Assembly (NCBI RefSeq): GCF_006345805.1
Contig: NC_043003.1
Span: 48,794,001-48,858,000, forward strand
DNA length: 64,000 nt
Direction of reading: 5' to 3'
From: Octopus sinensis
Lineage: Eukaryota
Shown: positions 39,372-52,295 of the stretch, piece by piece
Layout: every line of letters starts with the position of its first letter
How positions within the stretch are numbered: the stretch's first letter is position 1
The notes under the pieces: model-generated
The model's database searches: none
Told to the model about the DNA's origin: nothing
Seen by the model: only the letters and a program-made list of their open reading frames with translations
Translations under genes and position numbers: made by a program

Positions 39372-39650
39372 AGTGGGTAGAGTATTCGGTTCAAGATCCT
39401 AAAGTCGTGAGTTCAATACCTGGCGTCGTATCGCGTCGTGTCCTTGAGCAAGACATTTTATTTCACGTCTCCTCATGTGGGGAAAAAAACGAGTATTCAA
39501 AGGGCAGTTGAATATCCCTAAAAACTACGTTAATAATGTACGCGTGTCTATAGAAAATTCAGTCACTTGCACGCTAAATTTCACGAGTAGACTGTTCCGT
39601 TGAATCGGATCAACTGGAACCGTCATCGTGGTAATCGACAGAGTACCAGG
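39372..39650 (+). mobile_element. tRNA-headed SINE, family E
   Basis: B box GAGTTCAATACC and GTGTCCTTGAGCAAGACA; 3' part shared with 12700-12880. Confidence 0.65.
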
Positions 39651-40020
39651 ATATATATATATATGTGTGTGTCTGTGTGTATGTGTATGAATCCCTTCTA
39701 ATAGTGGTACGTGTTAATGTGTCCACCGTTTGTTGTGTCTGGCTCATTATTTATACAAAGTATCTAAGTTATTTGCTTGTCTATCCATCCGTCTACTTAC
39801 TAAGTTACCTACCTACCTACCTCCTAACCTGTTTCTCATGCCCTTTCTTTTATCTCTGTCTTTTTGTTTAATCTATTTTTCTCCCACCTCACCCATGTTT
39901 CTTTGCCTCTTACTCTCACACTTTCTTTATCTCTTACTCTCACTCTTTCTTTCCTTCTCTCTATCGATGCCCAATTCAGTATTTCTCTTTCACGCCTTTC
40001 TGCTTTCTCTTCTCTCCCCT

Positions 40021-40063
<43 letters not shown>

Positions 40064-40381
40064 TCTCATTTTCTTCCTTCACTCTCTTCTCACTTTCTTC
40101 TATTCTTTCTTGTCTACCCTTTCTTTCTTTCTATCAGATTCAACACTTTTCCCCTTCCAGGCGTGAAGTGTGCATCGCTTCTCTGTATTTCCACAGACGG
40201 ACGTTACTTCTCTTCACTTGGAATCTTTCCACCCTTTTCTCACACAGACGATGTCATCTTCTCAAGGTAGGACCATACAGAGACCTAGAAAAAAAAAACT
40301 AAAAATCAAAAACCAAAACAGTGATAAAGAAACGCCCAGTTTTTTTACACGTATATAATCAGATGTTGACAGCTCTCTATC

Positions 40382-40479
<98 letters not shown>

Positions 40480-40762
40480 CCTATCTATCTATCTACAAAT
40501 ACAAATTACACACACACGCACAAATATAAATTATAGATATAGTAATACAAAATACACACATTCATATAAATATGCAAACACACAAATTGCAGATACTAAC
40601 ATGCCAGTTACACTCGCGCGCACCCACACACATACAAATAAGAAACTCGCGCAAACACGCAAATATATTTCCGATGACTGCTCCAGCATGGTCATATCCC
40701 ACCGGTTGAATCTAGGAAAAGTGCATAATACACACACACACACCACACACACACACACACAC

Positions 40763-40800
<38 letters not shown>

Positions 40801-41954
40801 ATATATATATAAACACACATGTACTGCTGAACACTTCCTCGATTGTCAAATTAATTGTCAATTCTTGTCGCTTTCATTTCAAATTCTTAAGGTTTCTTAA
40901 GTAGCCAGACTGGTTTAGTTTGCACGGTTGTTCTTGTCTGTATGGACAGTGGTGGTCGTGGCGGTATTGTTGTTTGTGGTGTAGTGTTGACGGCCGTATA
41001 GCTTATTTAGTAACGTTGTTGTTGCTGTTGTTATCCAGCTTAGCGCCACATCAACCCCATTTAAACATACATACGATCGATGTTGTTTCAGCCTCAATTT
41101 CCCCATCATTTCGTAAATCTCCGACAACATTATCTATGTTCCCCGTTTTCATTCAGTCAATAAGGTATAGTGATATGAGGGACTATGACTGCTATTTCTA
41201 ACAGACTGCGAGACAGCGTGTAGAGATACCCCCTCTAGTGGTAGCGTTTAGTTGTTTCGAGTTGTGTTGCTAGTTATGTAAGTTTTAATTATGGGTAATG
41301 GTGTTATTAATGTGTTCAGCGGGAGTTGTGTGTAAGCTCTGGGAGTGTTGATGTTGCGGGTTGTTGTGTTCTTGCTACTGTTGCAAGCGGTGGGTGAGTT
41401 GTGTTTGGTGGCGGCGGCATCGACGATATGATATTTGCGTGATGGGTTGGTCGAGATGACCCGAGAGGATTTCAGACAGTTGTTATTTGTTGGCCTTAGG
41501 GGGGTACTTTATAACTCAGACAACTATGTTAGCAACAATAAGAGACAATAACAGCAGTTACACAACGATTAACGACAGCGACGACAAAGAATAGAAGAAA
41601 TAACCGACATCAACTAAAAATAACACAGCAAAAGAAAAAAGGCATCGCCGACAAACTATAATAACATTGACAAACGTCACACCAAATCGATGCAGCAAGA
41701 AAGAGGTGTGGGGTACACAACCATAACAGCAGCAACAACAGCAACAACAACAACCAATAATATTACAGACACGACGCCGACACACAAACAAAAGGGACAC
41801 ACTCACCACAAAAATCGATGCAATTGGGGAAGATGAATTGCAGCAATACGAGGGATACGGACACAAGACAACGGTAACACACGACTCAAACAACACAGCA
41901 GCCACCACAAGCAAGCACAACATGTCACGCCGCTAAATCCACAGATCGCTTTGA

Positions 41955-42248
41955 TGCCTTTGTGAGTGGATTTGGTAGACGGAAACTGAAAGAAGCCTGT
42001 CGTATATATGTAAATATATATATATGTTTGTGTGTCTGTGTTTGTTCCCCTAGCATTGCTTGACAACCGATGCTGGTGTGTTTACGTCACCGTCACTTAG
42101 CGGTTCGGCAAAAAGAGACCGCTAGAATAAGTACTGGGCTTACAAAAAGAATAAGTCCCGGGGTTGAGTTGTTCGACTAAAGGCGGTGCTCCAGCATGGC
42201 CGCAGTCAAATGACTGAAACAAGTAAAAGAATAAAAGAAAAAAGAAAG
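41955..42248 (+). mobile_element. SINE family A, 5'-truncated
   Basis: Family A motifs with CpGs intact. Confidence 0.9.
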
Positions 42249-42255
42249 AATAGTT

Positions 42256-42290
<35 letters not shown>

Positions 42291-42576
42291 GAGTCATACA
42301 CGGCACACAGTTGTTATTTGTATTTATATGTTCCCGATAGCGGTTCCCTAAATGGATATTGATAGAATAAGTACTGGAGTCGATATAATCGATGAAAAAT
42401 CTTTAAAGAGTGTGGTCCAGCATGGTCGTAGTCCAGTAAAGGAAACCGACAAAAGGACGGGACTAGGTGAATTAGATAAATAAATTAAATTGGAATCCCA
42501 CGTTTTAATTTACAATAATAAAAAAATAATGAATGGATGTTAAGGTAAACGTTAACGAAAAGTGAAAGTTAAAAAC

Positions 42577-42643
<67 letters not shown>

Positions 42644-43076
42644 AATATAAATGTGTGTATGTATATATATATATATATATACATATACATACTTGTATAA
42701 TAATAGATATACATTTTGTATTTATATATATATATATATATATTATATATATTATATATATATAATATAATATAATATACATACATACATACACACTACA
42801 AATATTCGTGGTGTATGTAGATATTACCACCCTGTACTATACAAACCTATCTATTGTTTTGATTTTTTTTTTATATCATCAAATGTATGAGTTAGCGCTC
42901 GCGCGTCCGTTACATTCATGGAATCACCTTGACCTCTACATAGCCAATATCAATAGTACTTTTTCAGTTTGCACATACTTTGACGTTGATGCAAGTCCTC
43001 CTAGCTCTGACCGCTTTTCCCTCCCACTCTAATATCAATTGTTACCTCTTTCTACCTCTCCATTACCTCCCCCCAC

Positions 43077-43192
43077 TCTCATCTATCTATCTGTCTATTT
43101 CCCATGTAATCTAGCTGTCTCTCTCTCTCCCTCTCGCTCATCCATCCACCCCATCTAGTTCCGTATCTCTCTCTTCCTATCTGTCTATCTAG

Positions 43193-43250
<58 letters not shown>

Positions 43251-43344
43251 GCCTGTCTGTCTGTCTATCTATCTATCTATCTGTCTGTCTACCCATGTGT
43301 CTGTCACTCATCCATCCCCCATCTAGCTCTGTATCTCTCTCTTC

Positions 43345-43410
<66 letters not shown>

Positions 43411-43590
43411 GCCTGTCTATCTATCTATGTATCTATCTATCTGTCTTTCTACCCATGTGTCTGTCACTCATCCATCCCCCATCTAGCTCTGTATCTTTCT
43501 CTTCCTATCTATCTATCTGTCTGTCTGTCTGTCCGTCCGTCCGTCCGTCCATCCATCCATCCATCTATCCATCTATCTATCTATCTATCA
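43077..43590. repeat. Three-unit tandem repeat (~160 bp) built around (TCTA)/(TCTG)
   Basis: ctcatccatcc..ccatctag.t..gtatct.tctcttcctatct occurs three times. Confidence 0.85.
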
Positions 43591-45436
43591 TCCCATCTCA
43601 TTTGTCCTTCCTTCATCACTAGTTGACATTTCATCTCCGTTCAAGTGTTGTTCTGCCTGAAACGCTTGACTTCTCTCTTTCCTCGATGAGTGAAAATGTA
43701 TTCTGGTGTTTGAACTATTACCAATTAATATCATTAATGGAATCATTTGTTTAAACCGTTGACACCTTTCATCATCTTCGCCTCGCCCTACAACATACAA
43801 ATTATTTATTTATTACTCTTAGAGACCTAAATGGTAAAATGAAAGCTAAGAGGAAATATTACTACTAGTAATGTATTAGACGTACAATCCAAAGATTAAA
43901 TATTTGGTTATACGACTATTTTGATAAAACAAGGTGGAAGTTTTGGCCAACGAAATTGTTTTAACCTCAGATAAAACGATTTATCGCATTTCGGATTAAA
44001 GTACCTCAAATCCAGTTGTACCCTCTTATCTATTTTTTTTTTTTCTGCATTGAGTGTGCACAGAAATTTGCTTGTGTGCAATGTTGCCTTTCTTTGCGAA
44101 GTATATGTACATATATGCGAGTAGCTATAGCTCAGATTTCTTCAATTCAAAAAAAAATTCGATAACATCTTGAAAACTTTGCGTGCGCGCAATATTTCTT
44201 TTCTTTCTACGCTCGATGTATAATGTGTATGCGCGCACAAGCGCACAGTTTAAAAGAAAAACTGCTTCTGTTTAATAGGAAAGAAAACGACTGTGTGCAA
44301 ACGTACAAAAACCTAAACAAAATACTGAAATTTTGGAAAACGTTTGTTTGCTTGAGTACAAAGCAGGATATTTTTAAAAAAATGGAAATAAACCTTGCTC
44401 TTATATGTTCTTAGCCTTGATCGAGCAGACCTCCAACCAAATAATGTTCCAGTTGTAACAATTCTGTTTGTTTTTTAGTTTTTTTGTTTTCTCATATGTA
44501 GTTATATTTCGTATTATATTATCTAATGTGTTCAGCAGAATGTAATTTAAGAGGGACCGAAGTTTTAGTTCTAGCAGGTCGAGTGACATCCTCGTTGGTG
44601 CGAAACCATGGATTTGTAAAGGCTTAAGTTGATCCGGCCTATTCCTGCAGTCGGTGTTTATTTTATCGATTCCGAAGGTATGAAAAGCTAAGCTGACTTA
44701 CAACAGAATTTGAACTTAGCGCCAATGAGGTTGGAAGAGAGTAAACAAACAAACACTGAAACGCTCGAACTGTCATATACTTATTCTGACACTTTATCAC
44801 TAGTGGCAACTATGTCAATATTACCTTATGAAAAGTGAAGAACTCTTTGTTTAAGCGGCATTTTGCTAATTTCCGGCAACATTTAACTATTCGGGTCTTA
44901 GAGAGAGAAAGGAGAGATCGAATTATCGAAAGACAAATCGTGTTTTTCGTAACAAAACTAATAACTCTAATAAAATAAAGGGCTACGTCGACAAAAGTTA
45001 TAATGGGGACTGAACCATTTCTCTTGGGGGAAAAGTTATTTTTTTCTCTTTGCTCAGTCACCGAACCATCAATGTTTTTTTTTTATCCCTCTACAACATA
45101 CGAGCTTTATCCAAACTCCAAAATTAGGAACTCCAAAATTACATGATCTGAAAACCAATTATGAATAATTATCAAAATAATTATTAAAAACAATTATGAA
45201 TAATTATCAAAAACAAAATATATATTCTAGGCGAAGTTTCGCATGTCGAAACTATGCCATATTCTATTTAACAAACTATATACACTTTAAGAGTGGATTG
45301 ACTTTTTTTTTGTGTGACAAAACATTAAAAAGTTTCTAATTATTGGCTAATATTCCCATAAACGTTTGAAAATAAACTGATTTGAAGTGAGTTTATTTTC
45401 GTGATGAGGGAGGAATTCTAACGTTTCGGCAAATAC

Positions 45437-45847
45437 CTCTTACTCTCTTTTACTCTTTTACTTGTTTCAGTCCTTTGACTACGGCCATGCTGGAGCACCG
45501 CCTTTAATCGAGCAACTCGACCCCGGGACTTATTCTTTTGTAAGCTAGTACTTATTCTATCGGTCTCTTTTGCCGAACCGCTAAGTTACGGTGACATAAA
45601 CACACCAGCATCGGTTGTCAAGCAATGCTAGCTAGGGGACAAACACAGACCCAACACACACACACACATACATATATATATACATATATACGACGGGCTT
45701 CTTTCAGTTTTCCGTCTATACCAAATCCACTCACAGGAGGCTTTGGTCGGCCCGAAGCTATAGTAGAAGACCTTGCCCAAGGTGCCACGCCGTGGGACTG
45801 AACCCGGAACCATGTGGTTGGTAAACAAAGCTACTTACCACACGCCC
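45437..45847 (-). mobile_element. SINE family A, full length
   Basis: Family A motifs with CpGs intact. Confidence 0.9.
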
Positions 45848-46005
45848 TGTATTTTATCTTTTGTCTTACTTGTTTCAGTCATTGGACTGCGGTCATGCTG
45901 GGGCACCGCCTTGGAGAATTTTTAGTCGAACTGGCCCCAGTATTTATTTATTTTTTTGTTTAAGTATAATATTTGTTTTATCTGTCTCAAATTACAACAT
46001 AAAAC

Positions 46006-46097
46006 GGCAGCGGTAAAGAATACACACACCACCCGTTTTCGATGTAACCCTAACCCTTAACCCTAAGCAACGGGTGTGCATATTCTTTACCTTCGCC
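46006..46097. mobile_element. Tiny MITE (possibly Merlin-like) enclosing telomeric repeats
   Basis: GGC..GGTAAAGAATA..CCCGTT / AACGGG..TATTCTTTACC..GCC; 8-bp TSD cataaaac / cataaacc; core TAACCCTAACCCTTAACCCTAA. Confidence 0.65.
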
Positions 46098-46893
46098 CAT
46101 AAACCATCCATATGGGCAGTCACTACTACAATAGCAATGTAGGAAGGAAAACAAAAGCAGATAATATGTGTCTTCTCTTCCTGTATCATCATCATTGTAA
46201 AATCCACTTTTCCATGCTTTCATGGGTCTGGCGGAATTCGTTGAGACAGATTTTATACGGTCAGATGTCCTTCCTTCCAAGGAGGTTAAATATTTCCTCC
46301 TCCTTCACGCTTCATTTGATCGCCGAAAATGCGGCACCTTGCCCGTCTTCTCCTACCGTTTCTTCAAGGGGCCGAGGGCTTACAGGACTGAGTGTCCATG
46401 GAAGAACAGCTAAGATCTTTTATTCTACCTATTCTCCCCAACCTTCTAGATCGTCACTTTTTTTCTTTTTCCTTCTTTTTATCTGCAATTGTCATTTATT
46501 ATTTCATTTATCTTCTTCTATTTTTATACACATACCCCACAACTTCTTCACAGAGATCATTGTAATTCTCTTCCTACTGGTTCCAGTTTCATTGACTCAT
46601 TTTTCTACCATTTTCTTCATTGAATTCTTTTGCCATTCTAATATCTGCCCTTCTTACTTCATTCCACCCCAATCAAAACCCATCCATTCTTTCCTTTTCT
46701 TTCTTTTACTTTTTTCTCTTTTCTTTTATCTCCCCTCACCACCACAACCGCCGCTTCCACCACCTAAGATTAAAATCTTATAACAAAAAATGAACAGAAG
46801 TAAATGGAAGTTTTATTTGAAAATTTTGGAAGATTTTTATTTGTCATAATGGGGAAAAAGTCAAATCAAGTTTAAGAGTCACTTTCATACAGT

Positions 46894-46972
46894 ATGGCAG
46901 CAGCTTACCTCAAAAGAACTGCCTGTGCTTCTATAATGATGAAGCAATCTCTTATAAATGTTGCGGTGCATG
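46894..46972 (+). CDS. Candidate first coding exon or uORF (MAAAYLKRTACASIMMKQSLINVAVH)
   Basis: Good Kozak context agtATGG, donor G|gtaaat, located at the edge of the CpG-rich block; basic peptide with no acidic residues. Confidence 0.35.
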
Positions 46973-47274
46973 GTAAATTGTCAAAGTTTATGAATATTAA
47001 AACATTAAGAAAACAGAATAAACTTTCAAATACAAGAGTTATAGAACAGCTAAAGACACTGTTGCAGTAAGAAAGTGGAAACACTTGGTTAATTTAGAAA
47101 ATTTCAAACTGTTTTTTGAGACAGCTGCAAAAAAATAAACAATATAACTCCAGCTCGTGTTGAATGATTTAGATAGTAAATCTTATAAAGGGGAACAGAT
47201 TCAACAGGTTCAAATGCTTCAGTGTTATTCACAAAGGAAAAATATTTATACAGAAACACATAGCAGATTATATA

Positions 47275-47494
47275 CTCTTTACTCGTTTTACTCTTCTACT
47301 TGTTTCAAATCATTTGATTGTGGCCATGCTGGAGCACCACCTTTTTGTCGAGCAAATCGACCCCAGGACTTATTCTTTGTAAGCCTAGTACTTATTCTAT
47401 TGGTCTCTTTAGCCGAACCGCTAAGTTACGGGGACATAAACACACCAGCATTGGTTGTCTAGTGATGTTGAGGGGGACAAACACAGACACACAG

Positions 47495-47538
<44 letters not shown>

Positions 47539-47697
47539 GCATATATACGATGGCTTCTTTCAGTTTCCATCTACCAAATTCACTCATAAGGCTTTGGTCG
47601 GCCCGAGGCTATAGTAGAAGACACTTGCCCAAGGTGCCACACAGTGGGACTGACCTGGAACCATGAGGTTCGTAAGCAAGCTACTTACCACACAGCG
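47275..47697 (-). mobile_element. SINE family A
   Basis: Family A motifs with partial CpG decay. Confidence 0.9.
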
Positions 47698-47706
47698 ATA
47701 TATATA

Positions 47707-47748
<42 letters not shown>

Positions 47749-47967
47749 TATGTTTGTGTGTTTATGTTACATAGAATCGGTACAGTTCTAGTAAAGTTTC
47801 TTGAGAAACAGGAGTCAGAGTTTCAAGATAAGCACACCATGTTAATATTATTTTAATAATTTTTTTCCTTTAGAAAATTTCAAATTTCCAAGTTTTAAAC
47901 AAAAGTGAGTCTGATTCTACCAGAAGAGAATTTCATAAATTCAGTTTTTACATTCTTGTGTTCCTCA

Positions 47968-48100
47968 TTAACCCTAACTTTAATAGTAAATCAGACCTTA
48001 ACCCATAATTCTAAGTGCCAACTCTAACCCTAAACCCTAACGCTGAGTCCTGAACCTAAACTCTAATTTCCTAAATCCTAAACTCTAATCTAAACCCTAA
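47968..48100. repeat. Degenerate (CCCTAA)-like interstitial repeat
   Basis: Variants taaccctaa, aaccctaa, aatcctaa, aactctaa. Confidence 0.65.
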
Positions 48101-48703
48101 ATTTTTGTAGAATCGTAATCTATATTTCAAACAAATAATTCTGAGAAATATTTTTAAAATGAAGCTACAACAGGTTTTATACTCTGTAGCAGTGAAGTGG
48201 GGCAAAAAGATGAAAAAACCCATTTTGAAAAACTTTTAATTTGCTAAATTTTAATTTCTGACATATTTTTTATAAAAAAAAAAATACAAGATTTTACAGG
48301 TAGTACTTAGTCCAAAACTCGGCCAAACAATTTTAGAATAATATTAGAACATTGGCTGTACCAAACTTGTTTCATTGCACAAACATGGAACATCAAAGTT
48401 CCTTTATACAATAATTAGAGATCTTTTCTTTAGTATGAATCAGTATGGTGGTACATCAGGTTCATTCCAGGTTTTTGAGAAACTCACTGGTCTAGACCAG
48501 TTACCTTTAGGTATAAAATTGTGTCTATGAGTGTGTGTCTACACAACACACACACACAAACATGCACACACAACACACACACACATATATATTATTTAGT
48601 AAACACAGTCTATATTTTTATGTGCTACTATTAGTTTCATGTGCTGAGAACATGCCAAACATTGTTTTATAGCATGTTTTCAGAATAGCACACTGTATAT
48701 ATA

Positions 48704-48752
<49 letters not shown>

Positions 48753-48759
48753 TTTTCAG

Positions 48760-48854
48760 ACAAACCCTCATACAAACAACACGGTCTAAAAACTTCTTAA
48801 GAAAATACAAAATTACAATATTTGCACCAATTTCAATGCCATGAGTAGCAAAAT
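48760..48854 (+). other. Candidate internal exon, mostly 5' UTR, with ATG at 48841 (MSSK...)
   Basis: Acceptor ttcattttcag and donor AT|gtgagt. All three frames entering the exon hit a stop; gccATG lies 14 nt before the donor. Confidence 0.4.
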
Positions 48855-49989
48855 GTGAGTAGACTATTATGATATGAGTAGACTATTATGATATTCTATC
48901 CTTTAGAATATATTAAAAATATATAAATTGTGTGCATTTTCCTTCTTTTATTATATATTTTTTCACTACAACTCACCATGTGGGGAAAATCTCTTCAACA
49001 AAATTCTTTTTTTACTATATACATGTGTCATGTATATCATCATCAAATGTCCATGTTCCATGCTGGCATGGTTAGGATGATTTGACAAGACTGCGTTTTA
49101 ACATGCTTTCTGTGGTTTGGATGCCCTTCCTTATGCAAACACTTTACAACATGTACTGGGTACTTTTTTTCATGGTATCAGCTCAAGTGAGATCTCCATT
49201 GGTTTGGTGGGGTAACAGTGGAAAAGAAGGTGGTTTATGCTAGAAGATGTGGGATTAACATATGAGAGAAGAGGCCAGACCAGGTGTCTTGCTGTACGGG
49301 AGTGACATGGTTACTCATGTTATGGAAAAGAAAATGGAACTGACTGTGTTGGAGCTGGAAAGTGATAAAAATAATAGAAGGGTGTCTGAGGTGGGCCTTC
49401 ACAATTCAATGTGAGTAGAAGTGAATAGTGACAGGATAACATGGTATGTGGGTTGGTAGAGTTTTTAAGAATATATGGGAGAGTGAGAGCTAGCTAGAAA
49501 TGGGGAAGTAGGTTAGGGGTGAATATAATGAAGAACAGATGTTGAGGGATGATAAATATGGAAGTAGGGAAGAGTAGGTGACAACTGTAGAAATTGAGGA
49601 GATTGAGGAGGTGGATGTAGTGAATGATGGTTAAAGGGTAAGGGTTACCAATGATACATATCAGCTGGTATAGGGAGAGTAGAAAATGACTGACAGTGCA
49701 GAAAAAGGTATGTTGAAAAGGCAGCAGAATAGTAATAATGGTACTGAAGATATAGGAAGGATGAGAGTCAATGAATGAAAAAAAGAGAGATGTTGTGTAG
49801 CTGGTTGTGATCAATGTAAAATGTAGATGGAGAGGGCAGTATTAAGAATGAAAAATGGATAACAAGTGAAATGGTTCTTGGTAGTAAGAACAAATAGAAA
49901 TGCTGGGAAGTGTGCAGTTCTACTCATATTTAATTACAGTTGCAGAATATTGCAGTTAGAAAGGGTGGTGGGGGTGTCTTGAATAGATT

Positions 49990-50650
49990 GGGTAAACTAA
50001 TGATAGTTGCACACATACATAGTCTTGCTGAGGTGGGCAAGCCTTCTCAAGGACTGCATATTGCAAGTCATCATTGTCTTTTCTCATCTCCTCTGTGAGG
50101 CTCACACTTCTGAGATCAGCCTTCACCATCCATTTTGTCCCATGTCTTCCTGGGTCTCCATCTTCAACAAGCTCCATCTACCTTAAGTGATCAGCATATA
50201 TTTTTACAGCTGTCCTCATCCATACACATCTCATGTCCATGTCAGTGCAGTTTTCTTTCTCACACTCTATATTTGGTTTCTTTTTATGTCTAGTTTTTCT
50301 CTCAACACATTTGTACTTTGTCATTCATACACATCCAGCAGAGTATGCTAGTTTCATTTCTTTTCAGTCTTTTCAAGAACTATGTATCACATAACACTGG
50401 TGTTATACAATCAGCCTTTCACTCTAAAGGACAAAAGCCTTTGTTGGCCACAGTTGTAGTCAGTCCTTGAGCTTTTCTAACTTGTTCTCAATCTGGTTAC
50501 TCTACTTTTGGAGCAAACCATGCCTGTGCTAGTGACATTTTCTCAGTTACAAAAGATAATGACTACTTCTAGTGAGTCATCCGGGTATTTCAGAAAATCT
50601 ATTTCTGGTCTGCTCATCGTAATGCTTTGCCTGCCTAGCCCAGCCCATTT
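49990..50650 (-). pseudogene. Decayed RTE LINE 3' region
   Basis: Minus translation remnants GHEMCMDEDSCKK, GRPRKTWD, VKADLR..LTEEMRKD...AVLEK. Confidence 0.75.
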
Positions 50651-50918
50651 TGTGACGTACTGAGAACATAGAGGCACCTGTGGCTCCCATGGTAGACAAT
50701 GAGTTATTGTGTTTATGGAATGTTTGGCTATTTACTAAGCTAAGAAGTAATTCAATTGATCAAATAACTGAATCCTTATTAGAAATGACAGAAATTCATA
50801 AGTGTGTGTGTGTGTTATGTATATTTTATATATATATTTATTACATTGAATTAGTGTTTTATCAATATAACCATTGTATTTAAGAACTCACTTATATCAT
50901 ATATATATATGTGTGTGT

Positions 50919-51165
50919 GGAGGCACATGGCTTAGTGGTTAGGGTGTCAGCATCATGATCGTAAGATTGTGGTTTTGATTCCTGGACCGGGCGACACGTT
51001 GTGTTCTTGAGCAAAACACTTCATTTCATGTTACTCCAGTCTACTCAGCTGGCAAAAATGAGTAATGCTGCAATGGACTGGCGTCCCGTCCAGCTGGGGA
51101 ACACATACACCATTGAAACCGGGAAACCGGGCCCATGAGTCTGGCTAGGCTTTAAAAGGGTGCAT
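50919..51165 (+). mobile_element. SINE, family D-related
   Basis: A box TGGCTTAGTGG; ATGGACTGGCGTCCCGTCCAG; GAAACCGGGAAACCGGG. Confidence 0.8.
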
Positions 51166-51186
51166 TTATTTTATTTATATATATAT

Positions 51187-51387
51187 ATGAGGCGATGCTG
51201 AAAGTTCCTGATTTTGGGTTAAAGAAAATACAGGAGGATTAGTTAATTATGATTTTATTCAACATAACACACTTATTGCAGTGGTCCTTCAGCTTTTCTA
51301 AGCCCTGTAAAAGAATTGGAAGGTTGGGCCTCCAACTGGACCTTTCATGATATCCTTAAAGCCAGGAACTGTTTAGCCCCCAATTAT
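51187..51387. mobile_element. Mariner-derived MITE
   Basis: Imperfect TIRs (gctgaaagttcctg / caggaactgtttagc); reverse homologue of 62660-62820. Confidence 0.65.
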
Positions 51388-51420
51388 ATGTATGTACAAA
51401 TATATATATGCATACATATG

Positions 51421-51821
51421 AGTGCAGACATGGCTGTGTGGTAAGAAACTTGCTTCCCAACAAAAGGGCTTTGGGTTCAGTCCCATGCAGTACATTGGGA
51501 AGTGTCTTCTGTTATAACCCCGAGCCAACCAAAAACCTTGTGAGTGGATTTAGTAGACAAAAGCTGAAAAAAGCCTGTCGTGTGTGTGTGTGTGTGTTTG
51601 TCTGTCTGTGTGTCTTTGTATTTGTGTTTATCTTCCACCACACTACCTGACAACCAGTATTTGTTTGTTTACATTCCTCTAACTTGTTGGTCCTCAAAAC
51701 TAGACTGAAAGTATAAATACCAGACCCCCAAAAATAAGTACTTGGGGTGGATTTGCTTGGCTAAACACTTCATGGTGGAGCCCCAGTATGGCCACAGTCA
51801 AATGATTGAAACAAGTAAAAA
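51421..51821 (+). mobile_element. SINE family A, old copy
   Basis: Diverged family A motifs. Confidence 0.75.
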
Positions 51822-51882
51822 ATAAATTATATATTATGTGTGTGTGTCTGTGCCTGTATGTATATATATATATATATGTGTT

Positions 51883-51913
<31 letters not shown>

Positions 51914-51914
51914 T

Positions 51915-51969
<55 letters not shown>

Positions 51970-52013
51970 TATATATGTATATAGAATATATACAAATATA
52001 TATATATATATAG

Positions 52014-52276
52014 TAAATCCCAAAAAAGAAGAACAACAAACACAAAAAGAAAAACACAACCCGAAGACGTGGTACATGGAAAGTATTAGCAGACGCTCAG
52101 GGAAGGAAAAGAAGGCTGGTATAATGTTTTGAGCAATGCTCTTCTTCAGAAACAGAGTAGTCCAATAGAACTACGTCCAATAGAACTACGTCCAATAGAA
52201 CTACGTCCAATAGAACTAAGTCCAATAGAAAGGAAGTCAGAGGAAGAAAATCGCCAACAGTTCACATGTGGTTACA
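52014..52276 (-). mobile_element. Penelope-like fragment with a decayed HHR and an internal 15-mer tandem repeat
   Basis: Minus CTGAAGA-A-GAGC-ATT-GCTC-AAAA-CA-TT; GTCCAATAGAACTAC about 4.7 times at 52160-52230; similar to 28629-28840. Confidence 0.6.
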
Positions 52277-52295
52277 AATATATATATATAATTTG

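Noticed and set aside
40197-40266. Possible plus exon ending ATG TCA TCT TCT CAA G|gtagga
   Set aside because: It sits in CT-rich low-complexity sequence with no partner exon; too weak to call.
43588-43800. 70-aa minus ORF
   Set aside because: No recognisable domain; it ends in a microsatellite.
46112-46783. 223-aa plus ORF
   Set aside because: It is open only because of pyrimidine-rich low complexity; more likely 5' UTR or promoter.
52160-52230. 15-bp repeat array as CRISPR or CCAAT-box cluster
   Set aside because: There are no spacers; it is a simple tandem repeat inside a retroelement fragment.
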